In this document: in pieces, positions 22,400 to 35,300 of the stretch
Position numbering within the stretch: the stretch's first letter is position 1
Layout: every line of letters begins with the position of its first letter
Assembly: GCA_043228905.1 (NCBI GenBank)
Contig: JBHGNT010000001.1
Span: 34,472,001 to 34,536,000 of the forward strand
DNA length: 64,000 bases
Direction of reading: 5' to 3'
Origin: Azolla caroliniana
Lineage: Eukaryota > Plantae > Polypodiophyta
Translations under genes and position numbers: made by a program
Notes under the pieces: generated by a model
Database searches by the model: none
What the model was told of the DNA's origin: nothing
What the model saw: only the letters and a program-made list of their open reading frames with translations

Positions 22400-23374
22400 T
22401 GGCGGCATGGCAATGTGAGCTCTATAAAACGAGGGAGGGGTCTCTTGTAAAAGGGTTGCCCATTTTGAGTTAGGAGGGTATACCGTTAAATCTAAGGGTA
22501 TGGTAGTTTTCTCCTCTTCTTACTTTCTTTCAGGGTTTCATTTAGGTCTTCTTCTTCGTCGTCTTGTAGGTCTCAGTCCTTTGCGTGATCTTCCTTTGGA
22601 GTGGAGGTTTAGGGTTCCCAATCTTTGGTGGGTTTCGCGTTTTGTTAGTTCCCCATTTTGGGTTTAGTCTGATTGAGAGCTCATATGCTCTGAGGGTTTC
22701 CTGTGCAAGACCCCACTCGCATACGCGATCCTGAGTGCTCCCCGATTGGTGACTTGGCGGAAGACAACTATTGTGCTTTGGTAAGAAGGCCCCTCCTCAG
22801 CCCGAGTGCTCCCCGATTGGAACTTGCCTATAAACGGCCGTTGTATCTGTTCGGTATTGGACCGGCTCAAAACCAGCATTGTAACTTGTGTCCCGTGTAA
22901 ATACATATGAGAAAAATTCAATGTGCACATGTTTGTGTCGGTGTCATTGGGTTTTCATTCTGTCTGGATGCGCTTGTGATGTGTGTGTGGGTTGAGTCAT
23001 TTTGAGTCGCATCATGTCTCCTCTTTCAGTCTAGAGACTCGTCGTCTTGTATATACCGGGTCCCGGTCGGGCCGTGTGATTTTTGCTCTTCCCCTTTCTG
23101 TACATAAGAGGGTGCGAAGAGTCAGTGTGCGTGTATGTGCTCTCCCTCTCTTCAATCTGGTGGCTTTCGGAATGCATCCGGACCCATCCGGATCTGTCCA
23201 GTTTGGTTGCTTCCAGCTCGCATCTGGAATCGTCTCGGTTGGTGCCACAATTGGTGTAACCAGCCCCAGAGAAAATGGCCTTCCGGTATCCATCTCTCCC
23301 TGGTCTGGGACCCCGGTGGTCCCGCCTGATCTCACACATGCGCGTGGATTTCTTCGACACCCCATTCTGTGATA
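22400..23374 (+). mobile_element. LTR-like segment related to the Trp-primed gypsy LTRs
   Basis: TATA ctataaaacgagggagg ~22422; TC-rich R/U5; ccccggtggtcccgcct motif near the end, also seen before LTR ends 21208 and 40616; ends tgtgata. Confidence 0.5.
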
Positions 23375-23672
23375 TGTTAGCAGCACTAAGGACCGGGGGT
23401 TGCTATATTGGGCCGGTGTAGCCGAACAACTTGTCAGCTATACAGATGTCGATTGGGCCGAAAATGCCATCGACTGCAGGTCTACATCTGGATATGGCCT
23501 TGGCTTAAACAAGTTGTGACAATTTTCTGGTGCACCAGGTGTGCAATACCTCGATATGCCAAACTTGAAGGGGATGAATGAAAGGAGGAATGAGAAATAC
23601 GACCAAAAAGACGAGTGGGAAACCAATTTCGACTTCGGGCAGACCAGGAAAATTGAGACCAGACGTAGGGGG
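23375..23672 (+). pseudogene. Deleted copia RT/RNase H 3' fragment (family of copia B/F)
   Basis: VSSTKDRGLLYWAGVAEQLVSYTDVDWAENAIDCRSTSGY, then an internal deletion and pol-end aacttgaagggg. Confidence 0.75.
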
Positions 23673-26600
23673 TGTCATGAAATAGCATGGTATGGCATTA
23701 AAAGGATTTGAACCCATGACCTTGTGTCACATGGGTTGAAGCCCTACCATTAAGCTATACATTGTATGTATTGTTTTCATTTATTATTTAACTATAGAAA
23801 ATTGATGTATATTCCAGATTTCTCTGGAAAATTCCAGAAACTTCAAGAATACTCTTGACAACACTATGAAAAGAGGCACAAGGCATTATTTCGAACCAAT
23901 TCAGTTCAACGCCAATCTTAAGCCTCCTAGCTATTCTTGTACTTACTCTTCATATAAAATATCACCCGTTATCATCATTCTCTCTCTCTTTGGGGCACAA
24001 GTGATGAGAGTGGTTGGCTATGCACACTCTGCCCTAAACAAGTTCGCGAGTCTGAGTATCACACTTTGATACAATGCTCTGAGCATGATCATATTCGACC
24101 ATGCTTTCCACATCTCTTCGACCGAGCCCAATCCTTGCATAAATTCCTCTCACAGCCACAATGTGCACTCTCGATTGCAACATTGATTGGTAAAGATCTT
24201 GAACATCGAGAGTCACTACTCACTTTCACACGTATCACATGAAATGTAATATTTTTGGTCTCATAGGTCATATTTGATCTCCGAAGACGATAATATAATC
24301 TATCTATCTATCTCTCGCTCTCTTGTGAGTCTTACACACTCCCTTGCTCTTAGTACTAATCTCATAGTACTTTCCTTCTCTAGTACTAATTCTCATTCTG
24401 TTTTTAGTACTATTCTTGACAGTTTGAACCGAATTGGTCATCCTCTTATCCCTCCTTCCCTTCATACTAATCGTCTTATCCTCCCTTGTAAATGGCAAGT
24501 ATTAGTGCTCAAGAATACTAATCTATTTTCTCAGAGCTCCAGTGCTTAAAAGAGAAGTTTGTAGGACTAGAACAAGAAAATCACCGTCTGCTGGGGGGGG
24601 GATCTTCAACAAATAGCTCTAGAAAAACAACAACACGGGGAGCTGACGTTATGTGTGCAACAACTTGAAGCGACTATTGTATCATTACAACAACAAGGAT
24701 CAAGCACTTAGGGGACTCACAAAAAACCCAAGATCGGTCTTCCTATGAAATTTGATGGGACCCGAACACAGTTTAGAGGTTTTCTTAATCATGCACATTT
24801 AGTGATTCAAATGCATCCTTCTCGATATCCGACTGATGCATCACGAGTGGGAGTAGTAGGCACGCTACTTAGTGGCACGACTTTGGTGGTTCGCCCCTGT
24901 TACGGGCATGACCATTTAATATCCCGTGGTGAGAATTTACCGTAGTATTCTATACACGTGGATAAGTGTGAGGGTTAAACGAGAGTGTAAAGAAGGGGAG
25001 GATTACTTTTAAGAAGCAATCAATCACATGGTACGTCAATTCTAACAACATTCAGAACGTCAATTCTAGATGCCAAGGACAATATCAGAGCCCACCTACA
25101 CCTCAGTTGTAGCAAAACCTTTTCCAAGGGAGTCATATAATGCGTCTCCAGCAAATACTCCAACTCCGATGGAAATCGACACCACACGTTGTCGCGAACC
25201 ATTATCGGCAGAGGAAAAGCAATGACGCCGAGCAAATCGACTATGTCTTTATTGTGGTGGACTGGGGCATATTTCAGTGAATTGTCCCCATAGGCCAAGA
25301 AGACAAGTAAACCAAATAGTCGATAATACTAATTGTATTAAACCAGAGTCTATTTCAATAGGAATATCAAATAGTCCTAATAGTACTAACAACCCAAGTC
25401 TATCGAACAAATTTGATGTCCTTAGTTAGTTAGAAGAAGAGTTAAACGACTAAGTCCAACCAAAATTGGAGCCGTTTGGTTGGACAACCCTAGATTTGTG
25501 CAACCCATTAGTGGTTCCACCCCCTCTGAGCAAGTTAGCAATGTGTTCTTAGCTCAAGTAACAATTAGTACTAAAAGTACCCCTCCAGTACATATCTTAA
25601 CACTCTTAGATTTTGGAGTTAATTCTTGCTTCATGGATAGGAATTTTGCGCAAGCTCATCAGATATCCCTAAGAAAACTTCCCTACCTAGCATCTGTAGT
25701 AGTCATTGATGGTCGTTCCATTGCTTCTAGAAATATCATAGAAGAGTCAGAGCCAATTAGTATTGTCCCAGATAATTTAGCGTGTGTGGTATTGTTTAAT
25801 ATAATTAGTAGTCCAGAACATCCCATTGTTTTGGGGTTACCATGGTTCAAATTACACAATCCAGACATAGATTGGAGAACAAGAGAAATCAAGTATCGAC
25901 AACCCCAAGAATCTACTCATAAGGTTTCAACCATTTCGCTAAATCAAATGCGTGAGGAAGGACGCATAGAATCAATGTTTGTATTCGCAGTATCAATGAA
26001 AACTTCCAACACCACTAAGGAGGAGTCACAATTCAACTTCCAAAAAAGTATCATCATTACGCCGACGTTTTTGATAAGGTAAAAGCTAGTACTCTTCCTC
26101 ATCATCGACCGTATGATTATCCCATTGATTTACAACCAGGAAAAGAGCCACCATGGGGACCACTCTACAACTTGTCACCAATAGAGCTTGAAGTTCTTTG
26201 AGCTTATATAGAGGAAAATTTGGCAAATGAGTTCATTCGACATTCGAAATCTCCAGCCGGTGCACCCATTTTCTTTGTCAAGAAACTGGATGGCTCACTT
26301 TGTCTAGTCATGGATTACAGTGGCTTGAATAAGGTCACCATCAGGAATAGGTCTTTTAGAAGGAATCAATGGCACTAAGTTTTTCACAAAATCGACTTAT
26401 GAGGAGCATATAACCTCGTATGGATTCGATTGGGAGACGAATGGAAGACAACTTTCCACACCAGATATGGGCACTTCGATTATATGGTTATGCCATTCGG
26501 CCTCACCAATGTGCCAACAATCTTCCAACACATGGCAAATGATATATTCCAAGATCTTTTGGACATCTTTTTAACATCTATTTGGATGATCTGCTATTGT

Positions 26601-27565
26601 ATTCAAAGACACATGAGGAGCATGATTCTCATGTACTATTAGTACTAAGACGACTACGAGAACATGTTCTTTATGCAAAGTTTGAGAACTGTAGTTTTGA
26701 CTGTAGCCAGGTGGAATTTCTCGGCTATGTCATTTCCTCGGAAGGCATCTCTATGGATCCGGCTAAAGTCCAAACTGTGCTAGAGTGGCAGACTCCACGT
26801 TCGTTGCGAGATGTGTAATGCTTTTTAAGATTCTCAAACATCTATCGCAAGTTTATACAAGACTACTCAAAGCTTATTTTGCCGCTCACACAACTTACAA
26901 AGAAGGGTCAATCGTTTGTTTGGTCTAACGAAGCGGACACAACTTTTGAGGGTCTCAAGAAAGCATTTACATTGGCTCCTGTTTTAGCTCATGTTGATAC
27001 GCAAAAACAATTTATCATGGAGGCAGACGCGTCAGATTTTGCACTAGGTAGTATTTTATCACAACAAGGTGACGATGAGAAGCTACATCCCTTGGTGTTT
27101 CACTCATGCAAATTTGACGCCGCCGAAATCAACTAGGAGATATTGACAAGGAGCTATTAGCAATAGTGGACTCTTTTGCACAATGGAGGTATTTTTTAGA
27201 AGGGTCTCCTCATCAAGTCACTGTATTCAGTGATCACAAGAATCTTGCCTACTTTTAGAATGCTCGCGTGTTAAATAGACGATAAGCTTGGTGGGCCCAG
27301 TTCCTCACTCATTTTGATTTTACGATTACATATCGTTTGGGCAAGCAACAGGGGAAGGCGGATGCATTATCATGACACTCGTATCTAGTTCCTCGTCTTG
27401 GTGAACCGACCTTCAACAATCAAAAGCAAGTAATCTTGGGACCGACACGACTGCAAGCAATGTGGGTCTTTGACACTCCATTGGATTCCTGCATTATCGA
27501 CACCATACGTGAAGATTTGAAGACAGATGTTTTCGCTCAAGCTATTCTAGATCAAATCGATTCTT
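23673..27565 (+). mobile_element. Decayed Ty3/gypsy Tcn1/Tf1/sushi-like element: 5' LTR 23673-24182, gag, PR, RT, RNase H; truncated before integrase
   Basis: gag LPMKFDGTRTQFRGFL..PTPMEID..LCLYCGGLGHISVNCP; protease LLDFGVNSCFMD; [28 protein letters not shown]; RNase H EADASDFALG. Many stops; foreign TG-starting fragment at ~24898-25015. Confidence 0.85.
25441..25519 (+). promoter_or_regulatory. Candidate -1 programmed ribosomal frameshift signal (gag to pol)
   Basis: G TTA AAC in the gag frame; gag stop TAA 25451-25453; 11-bp stem 25454-25464/25475-25485; pol ORF in the -1 frame. Confidence 0.7.
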
Positions 27566-30500
27566 GTGGAAAGAGAAACCGGCCGGAAGCTGAAGGCGGT
27601 TCGAGCAGATAACGGAGGAGAATACCGGGGGCAGTTCGAGGAGTACTGCCGCTCGAAGGGAATCAGGCTTGAATTTACCGTGCCGAAGACGCCGGAACTA
27701 AACGGACTGGCCGAGAGGATGAACCAGACCATAATGGAGAGGGTTCGGAGTATGCTAGCACATGCAAAACTATCCAAGAAGTTTTGGGCTGAGGCATTGT
27801 CGACAGCGACATATGTGATAAATAGATCACCCTCAGTACCCTTGGACGGAGACACGCCACAGAGGGTCTGGACCGGTAAGGAAGTATCCTACCGGCATCT
27901 GAAGGTATTCGGGTGTCTCGCGTACGTGCATGTAGCTAAGGACCGGAGAGGAAAGTTGGATCCAAAGACCCGGGCATGCATATTCCTCGGTTATTGCGAC
28001 GATGAGTTCGGCTACTGAGTGTGGGACCTGGTCGACAAGAAGGTATTCCGGAGTTGAGATATTATCTTCATGGAGGACAAGACGCTCGCCGATTGGGAGT
28101 CGGAGAAGAAGATAATTGTTGAGAGACAAGCTCAACATTGGCCGGTTCGGCTGAAGAAGCCGAGGACTGGATCGGTTGGGACCAATCGGCTAGGCCGAGT
28201 GCGTACACCGGGAGGTCGTTAGGAAAGATATTCCGTGAGGAATATATTTGGGAGTTAGTGTAGGAGCTCTTAATGCGCATTGAAGTACTGTCAGTACTTC
28301 GGTCAGTCCTTTTAGGACTTGTATAAAAGTGCTCACTGAGCACGTCTTATGTACAGACTGAGTATTATTGTTGAATATAGTTTTTTGAGTTTCTCTCTCT
28401 GTCTCTCCCGCGTATACCGTGTAAGCTCAAGCTCTCCATTAAACCTGAGTTTCCTTTCTTCTGTTCGGTCTTAATACCTGCTTCCGCACGCTACTTTCTA
28501 CATGGTATCAGAGCGCGAGGGTTGAGAACCTCTCTACAGCCGACACAACTTGACGAAGAAGAACGAGAAGAACGATGGATAGAGGCATGGCGAGCTCGCT
28601 TCCAACAGAGAAGCTCGACAAAACCAACTACGCGTCTTGGTCCTACAAGATGCACCAGTACCTACTCGGGCACGGCTACTGGAGTTATGTCGAAGGAGCT
28701 AATGACGCGGCACCCGAATCGACACACAGAGACTTCCCATCGTGGGAGCAATCGGCGAGCAGGGTATTGTACTGCTTCGCGTCGTGTGTGGGCGAACAAC
28801 TATTGAGCTATGTTCGGGATGCAAAGACGCCGAAGGGTGCGTGGGAAAATCTGAAGAAGATTTTCGCCGCGAGCCCCACACCCAGGAAGCTTCAGCTCCG
28901 ACAGGAGTTGAGCAACCTACGACAACGCGACTTGTCGGTGGCGGACTATACCTCGAAGATCAAGGATATCTGCGACTCCCTCGCCTCCATAGAGGTGAAC
29001 ATCGAGGAGAGCGAGATGGTCCAGATCTGTCTCGGAGGTTTGGCGTCGAAGTTCGGAGCGTTCCGAACGGCTGTGTGTACCCGGGAGAATACGTCGTCCT
29101 TTTTCGACTTACAGTCGATGCTCCTGGTAGAGGAGAACCACGAGGGTGCGTCTACAAGCACGCACACCGACAACAGAATGCTGTACACAGAGGGAGATAG
29201 GCCCCGTGGACGTGGAGGACGAGGCGAGTCGGCACGCAATGGAGGCGGCCGACGAGATCAAGAAAGAAGGCACCGAAGTGATGCCGACAACAACTCCGGA
29301 CCATCCGGAAACAGGGGGAGTCGAAGCGATGAGAACCAGCAAGGGAAGGCCATTGCGGAGTGCTGGTACTATGGCAAGAAAGGCCACAGGGAAAGTGAGT
29401 GCTGGAAGAAGCGCGCCGATTCGGAGAGAATTGGTTCTGGGAACGGCTCCAGACATACCGACAAGGGAAATCGGCAGCGATCGCACTACGCCGAAGACTC
29501 CGGGAGAGCCGGAGAAGGGACTGCCTTCGTGACGAGACATGAAGCAAACTCAATGAAGCAGACCACCCCGAGATCGGACGAGGTGTGGTACGTAGACTCC
29601 GGCGCGTCAAACCACATGACGAGCCATAAGGAGTGGTTCTCGTACCTTGAAAAACCGATACAACCTGGAGTAGTCGCAACTGGAGACGACACTCCGCATC
29701 CGATCGCAAATGTCGGAGAAGTTCCCCTTAGCCATGTCGGGCAGAAAGGGAAACTCATGAACGTGCTGCATGTTTCGACAATCACGAAGAACTTGGTCTC
29801 GGTTGGACAGATCGTCGACCAAGGGATGGAGGTTCGGTTTACACACCTCGGGTGCTTCATTGAGGAAGAAGGTCGTGTGATTGCGCAAGGGCGCAGAGAC
29901 GAGAGGATGTTCATCCTCGATTCCACTGACGGCGGCACCGCAATGTTCGCAAAGGGACAAAAAGCCGAGTTGGACATCGACTTGTGGCACAAGCGGATAG
30001 GCCACGTCAACCACCAGCGGCTTCAAGATCTGCAATCGAAACAGGTAGTGTTCGGATTGCCCAAGTTTAGTGGCCGAAAGGCACAAATTTGTGAAACCTG
30101 CCAGCTCGGGAAGCAACACCGACTTCCTTTCCCCAACGAGCCTGCCACCTCGACCTTATACACTCGGATGTGTGGGGGCCGGCACAAAACGTTAGTCTTG
30201 GCGGGAGCCGATATTTCGTCTCCTTCATCGACGACCACACGCGACACACGTGGATCTACCTCATTGAGAGGAAGAGCGAAGTCTTCGACTGTTTCCGGGA
30301 CCTCAAAGGGTTCGTGGAAACCGAAACGGGACGAAAGATCAAGTGCTTGCGGTCGGATGGCGGGAAAGAGTACTTTTTCGGTCAATTCAACGGTTTCCTA
30401 CAACAAATGGGAATTCGCCACGAATTCAGTTGTAGATACACGCCAGAGCAGAATGGCGTGGCCGAGAGGAAGAATCGGTCAGTTGTGGAAGTGGCACGGG

Positions 30501-31891
30501 CAATGTTGGAGGAGAAGAGCTTGCCCAAATTTTATTGGGCCGAGGCGGTAAGGACCGCGGTATACATCCAGAACCAGATCGGAGACAAAGTGTCGGCGCA
30601 CGAGCTATATTTCGGAACGAAGCCGAACTTGTGACACTTGAGGGTGTTCGGGAGCATTGCGTATGTGCATATACCGAAGGAGAAAAGGAGGAAGTTGGAC
30701 GCAAAGGCCGAGAAATGCATCTTGGTTGGTTACTCGGACGAGCAGAAGGGTTATAAGTGCTATAACCCTCGCACCAAACAAGCGCGTGTCAGCTGCGACG
30801 TTGTGTTTGACGAGTCCGCGTCCTGGTACTTGCCCTCGACTACGAACCTCAACTCCAATCTGAGCTCTGACGATGAGGTCAGCGAGGCCGAGATGCCTCC
30901 GGATGAGCCCGAAATCGAGACCCACGAAGAGAGTCCGATTTCACTCCGCTTAAGTGGACCGATTGGACGACTGAGTCTGTATGACCAGTCCGATGAAGAG
31001 CCGGCGAGTCGTGGAGACTCGACCGTGCATTCCCCGCACAGGAAGCCGAGGAGACGGCTTACGCGCAAAGAGAAAGGGAAGAAGAAGGTGTCAGATTCCG
31101 GCACGGATAGGAACAAGTCAGACCGACGCGAGTTCGACTCCGAGGTAACCGGTGACGGGTCTTTAAAGGTGAAGACCGCGTCGACCGAGAAGGCCTCGAC
31201 ATCGGCTAATGAGAGATTACGCCGATCTACCCGCCAAAAGAACCCAGTTATTCGGATACAACGAGTACATGGTGCATCATTATGCGTACAGGACCCGTGT
31301 AGCGGAAGTGCGTGAGCCGGAGAGCTACGCAGAAGCGGCTAAAGACGCGAATTGGCGCGCTGCGATGGAGGAAGAGATGCATGCATTGGCAGAGAACAAG
31401 ACCAGGGACCTGGTTGACACACCGAAGGGTGTGACGCCGATCGGGTGTAGATGGGTGTACAAAGTCAAGTACAACATTGGTAGCTCGGTCAACCGGTACA
31501 AGGCTCGGCTAGTGGCAAAGGGCTACGCGTAGAAACACGGCATCGACTACGATGAGACGTTTGCGCCGGTCGTGAAAATGACGACCGTCCGTGTTTTGCT
31601 GGTAGTAGCTGCGGCGAAGGGGTGGCACTTACATCAGATGGATGTAAAGAATGCGTTCCTACAAGGTGCCCTAGAGGAACAGGTGTACATGGTACAGCCC
31701 CCCGGATTTCACTCTAGAACAAACTCCTCGGCAGTATGCCGACTGAAGAAGTCCCTTTACGGATTGAAACAAGCCCTGCGTGCCTGGAACGCGAAGATCA
31801 CGCAACAACTGCGTCGGATGGGCTTCGCACGTCAAAATCGGACTCTTCCCTGTTCATCCGGAAAGGTCGATTCGGACCGGTTAGTATTTTA

Positions 31892-32278
31892 TGTTGGGAT
31901 TTCGGTCCCTCCGGATGGGATGTCCGGAGATGAATGACGGCAAGCCCGGTTGCGGTTACGGAGCCGGATGCGGAATGTACCCGGAGAGAGATCCGGATGA
32001 CGGCAAGCCCGGTTCCGGTTACGGAGCCGGATGATGAAGACCCTGGCTACGGAGCCGGATGCTGAAGACCCCGGTAACGGAGCCGGATGACGAATGTACC
32101 CGGAGAGAGATCCGGATGCGGGGACATATTTGTGAATATGTTTTGCCAAGAGCCCTTTGAGGTTATATTTGTAAATAGCCCGAAAGTCATATGTGTATAA
32201 ATATGACTTAGGGCAAACAACTTAGTTGTTGTTGCTCATTTTTTTACGTTTTCAGCCGAGAGAGCGAAGTGTGAGCAG

Positions 32279-32320
<42 letters not shown>

Positions 32321-35300
32321 GAGGTCGACGCCTCTGTGTATTACCGCCGCCTGTGGCGAAGACAGTGAGCTCAAGGTCGTTGCCTTGAACCTTCACCATT
32401 GTACATCCCTGTTCATAGTGATAGTTGGAGTTGTGCACTCCCGTGGTTTTTCCCGTTTAGGGTTTTCCACGTTATACCCTGTGTATTCGTCTCTCTCGTG
32501 TCTTTCTTTGTATTTCCTATTTTCTGCTGCATTGATCCGTGTTGGCTCGGTTGTGGCCGGGAGGCGAAAGATTTGATAGCGTCAAATCTCAACAATCTGG
32601 TATCAGAGCGACGGTAACACAGAAAATGGAAGGCGGCGGTAGTGGGCCTCCGGGCATGATGGTGCTGAACGCGCAGAACTACGCCGACTGGAAGATAAAG
32701 ATGGAGGATCTGCTCATTGTTCGGGACCTGTATGAACCGATCGACAGGTCGGAAATACCCAAGGGGGTACTTGAGACGGAGTGGAGGCTTCTGAACCGGA
32801 AAGCCGTTGCAACCATTCGGCAATACGTCGACGTGAGCGTTCTACAACACGTGGCGAACGACACCAACGCATATGAGATGTGGAGGAAGCTGTCGGGCCT
32901 CTACGAGAGGAAGAATGCGTTGAACCGGACCTCCCTGATGAGAAAGATAGTGAACCTCAAGTACCGGGACGGCGAGAGTATGGTGGAACACGTAAGCACG
33001 TTCATGGGATTCGTGAATCAGCTTGCGGCGATCAAGTTCCCGTTGGAGGATGCAATGCAAGCCATCATCCTGATGTGTACATTGCCGGACAGCTGGGAGA
33101 ACTTGGTGGTGACTCTCAGCACCTCCTGCGCCGAAGATAACTTGTCCCTACAAACGGTAAAGACAAGTATTTTGAACGAAGAAGCGCGTCGGAGAGATAA
33201 AGAACCGGTCTCCGACTCGAAGGCGCTGCTTACCGAATCGGATCGGGGAAGACAATGGAACCGGAGTCCGCAAAGACGGGAGAAGTCGGGGACCCGGTCG
33301 CAGTCAAGAGGAAGACCCACATGCTTCCACTGTGGGAAGCCGGGGCACTTCCGGAAGAATTGTCGGCATTACCGAAAGGACAACGGAGCCGACGACACCG
33401 ATTCGAAGAAGTCACCGGAGAGAAACGGTGCATACCGGGGAGCCACGGACCGGAGAGGTTCGGATCGGCGAGGGCAGGACCGGAAAGGAACGACGGCACT
33501 CGCGGCAAGTGAAGAAGAGATCATGCTCATCACCGAAGAAGGTGAGCTAAACATTGCCGGCGATGAGACGACCTGGGTGGTCGATTCCGGAGCATCGTTC
33601 CACCTGACCCCAGAGAGAAGATACTTCTCATCCTACACAGCCGGTGAGCATGGCTGTGTTCGGATGGGAAACGAAGGTACGTGCCGGATTGCCGGCATAG
33701 GAGATGTGTGGCTGACAACCCCGACCGGATGCAAAATGCTGCTGAAGAATGTCCGACACGTTCCGGAGGTCCGACTGAACCTGATTTCGGCCGGGAGGCT
33801 AGACGATGAAGGCTACACGGGCAGCATCCGGAACGGTGTCATGAAGTTCAGCAAAGGGAGCCTGATAGTGGCTCGGGCCCGGAAGGTCAACACACTATAC
33901 CTGATGAATGCCCGGTTATGTCCGGAAGAGCTGAATGTGGCAGCCGACACTGCCGGTGAGCTGTGGCACAAAAGACTGTGCCACATGAGTGAGAAGGGGA
34001 TGAAGAGGCTTGCAGAAGACAACCTTATTCCAGTGAAGCATGTGCACCTGGAGAAGTGCACCGACTGCCTGGCCGGTAAGCAAAACCGGACCTCCTTCCA
34101 CTCAAGGCCACCGACGAGACGTAGCGCACCATTGGAGCTGGTGCACACTGACGTGTGTCAAGTAGAAACGAAGTCACATGGCGGAGCCCAGTACTTCGTG
34201 ACATTCATTGATGACCACAGCCGGAAGCTGTGGACGGCACCGTTGAAGACAAAGGACCAAGTTCTGTCCGTCTTCAAAGAACTCCACGCGAGGGTGGAAA
34301 GGGAATCCGGCAAGAAGCTGAAAGCAATACGAGCGGATAACGGAGGAGAATACCGGGGGCAGTTCCAGGAGTACTGTCGCTCGAAGGGAATCCGGCTCGA
34401 GTTTACTGTGCCGAAGACGCCGGAACTGAACGGGCTGGCCGAGAGGATGAACCGGACCATAATGGAGAGGGTCCGGAGTATGCTGGCGCATGCGAAATTA
34501 CCCAAGGGATTTTGGGCTGAGGCAATGTCGACGGCGACGTATGTGATAAATAGATCACCCTCAGTACCTTTGGACGGAGACACGCCGCAGAAAGTGTGGA
34601 CCGGTAAGGAAGTGTCCTACCGGCATCTGAAGGTGTTCGGGTGTCTCGCATACGTGCATGTGGCAAAGGACCGGAGAGGAAAGTTAGATCCAAAGACCCG
34701 GCCATGCATATTCCTCGGTTACGGCAACGACGAGTTCGGCTACCGAGTTTGGGACCCGGTCGACAAGAAGATATTCAGGAGTCGAGATATCATCTTCATG
34801 GAGGACAAGACGCTCGCCGACTGGGAGTCGGAGAAGAAGATGAAGAGCTCCAAGTCGACCGGTGAGGATAAACTCTACGAGGAGCAGTCCCGACCGGCAA
34901 GGGACCGGTTAACACTCGAAGACCCGGCCGAAGACGGTGAAGAAACAGAACCGGCCGAAGAAGATGAAAATGATACCGGAACCGGCCCCGATCCCGAAAT
35001 GGATTCGGATGAAGAAGAATCGGAAGAACCGGTTACCGAAGCTCCGGAACGGAGATATCCTCTAAGAGAGAGAAGGGCCCCCCGGAGATTTCCGGAACCA
35101 GAACACGTGCTGCTAACCGACGAGGGGGAACCGGAGAGCTTTGAAGAAGCAAAGCATGACACCCATAGCCGCAGGTGGTTGAGTGCCATGCAGGACGAGA
35201 TGGATTCCCTGCATGAGAACCACACATATGAACTTGTGGAGTTGCCGAAAGGAAAGCGGGCACTTCGAAACAAGTGGGTGTTCAAGCTGAAACCGGGAGA

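Larger units (their letters stand above)
10848..22418 (+). mobile_element. Ty3/gypsy-type element: 5' LTR (~10848-11633 + 21128-21208, split by copia A), tRNA-Trp PBS, decayed gag; no pol
   Basis: TATA ctataaaagggg ~11127; LTR ends ...ccgtgaCA 21208; PBS TGGTGAACCCGACGTGA 21213-21229; gag-like VGHFNGDKVPFYLEAY..RLESFCRV..FEEALLQAYG with stops. Left boundary approximate. Confidence 0.65.

Noticed and set aside
23700-23765. Functional tRNA gene
   Set aside because: A/B boxes are present but there is no convincing acceptor stem or anticodon arm; the same applies to 60385-60574.
32539-32625. N-terminal 29 aa of the 1386-aa ORF
   Set aside because: Begins at a non-ATG codon inside the LTR, before the PBS; the first plausible start is ATG 32626.
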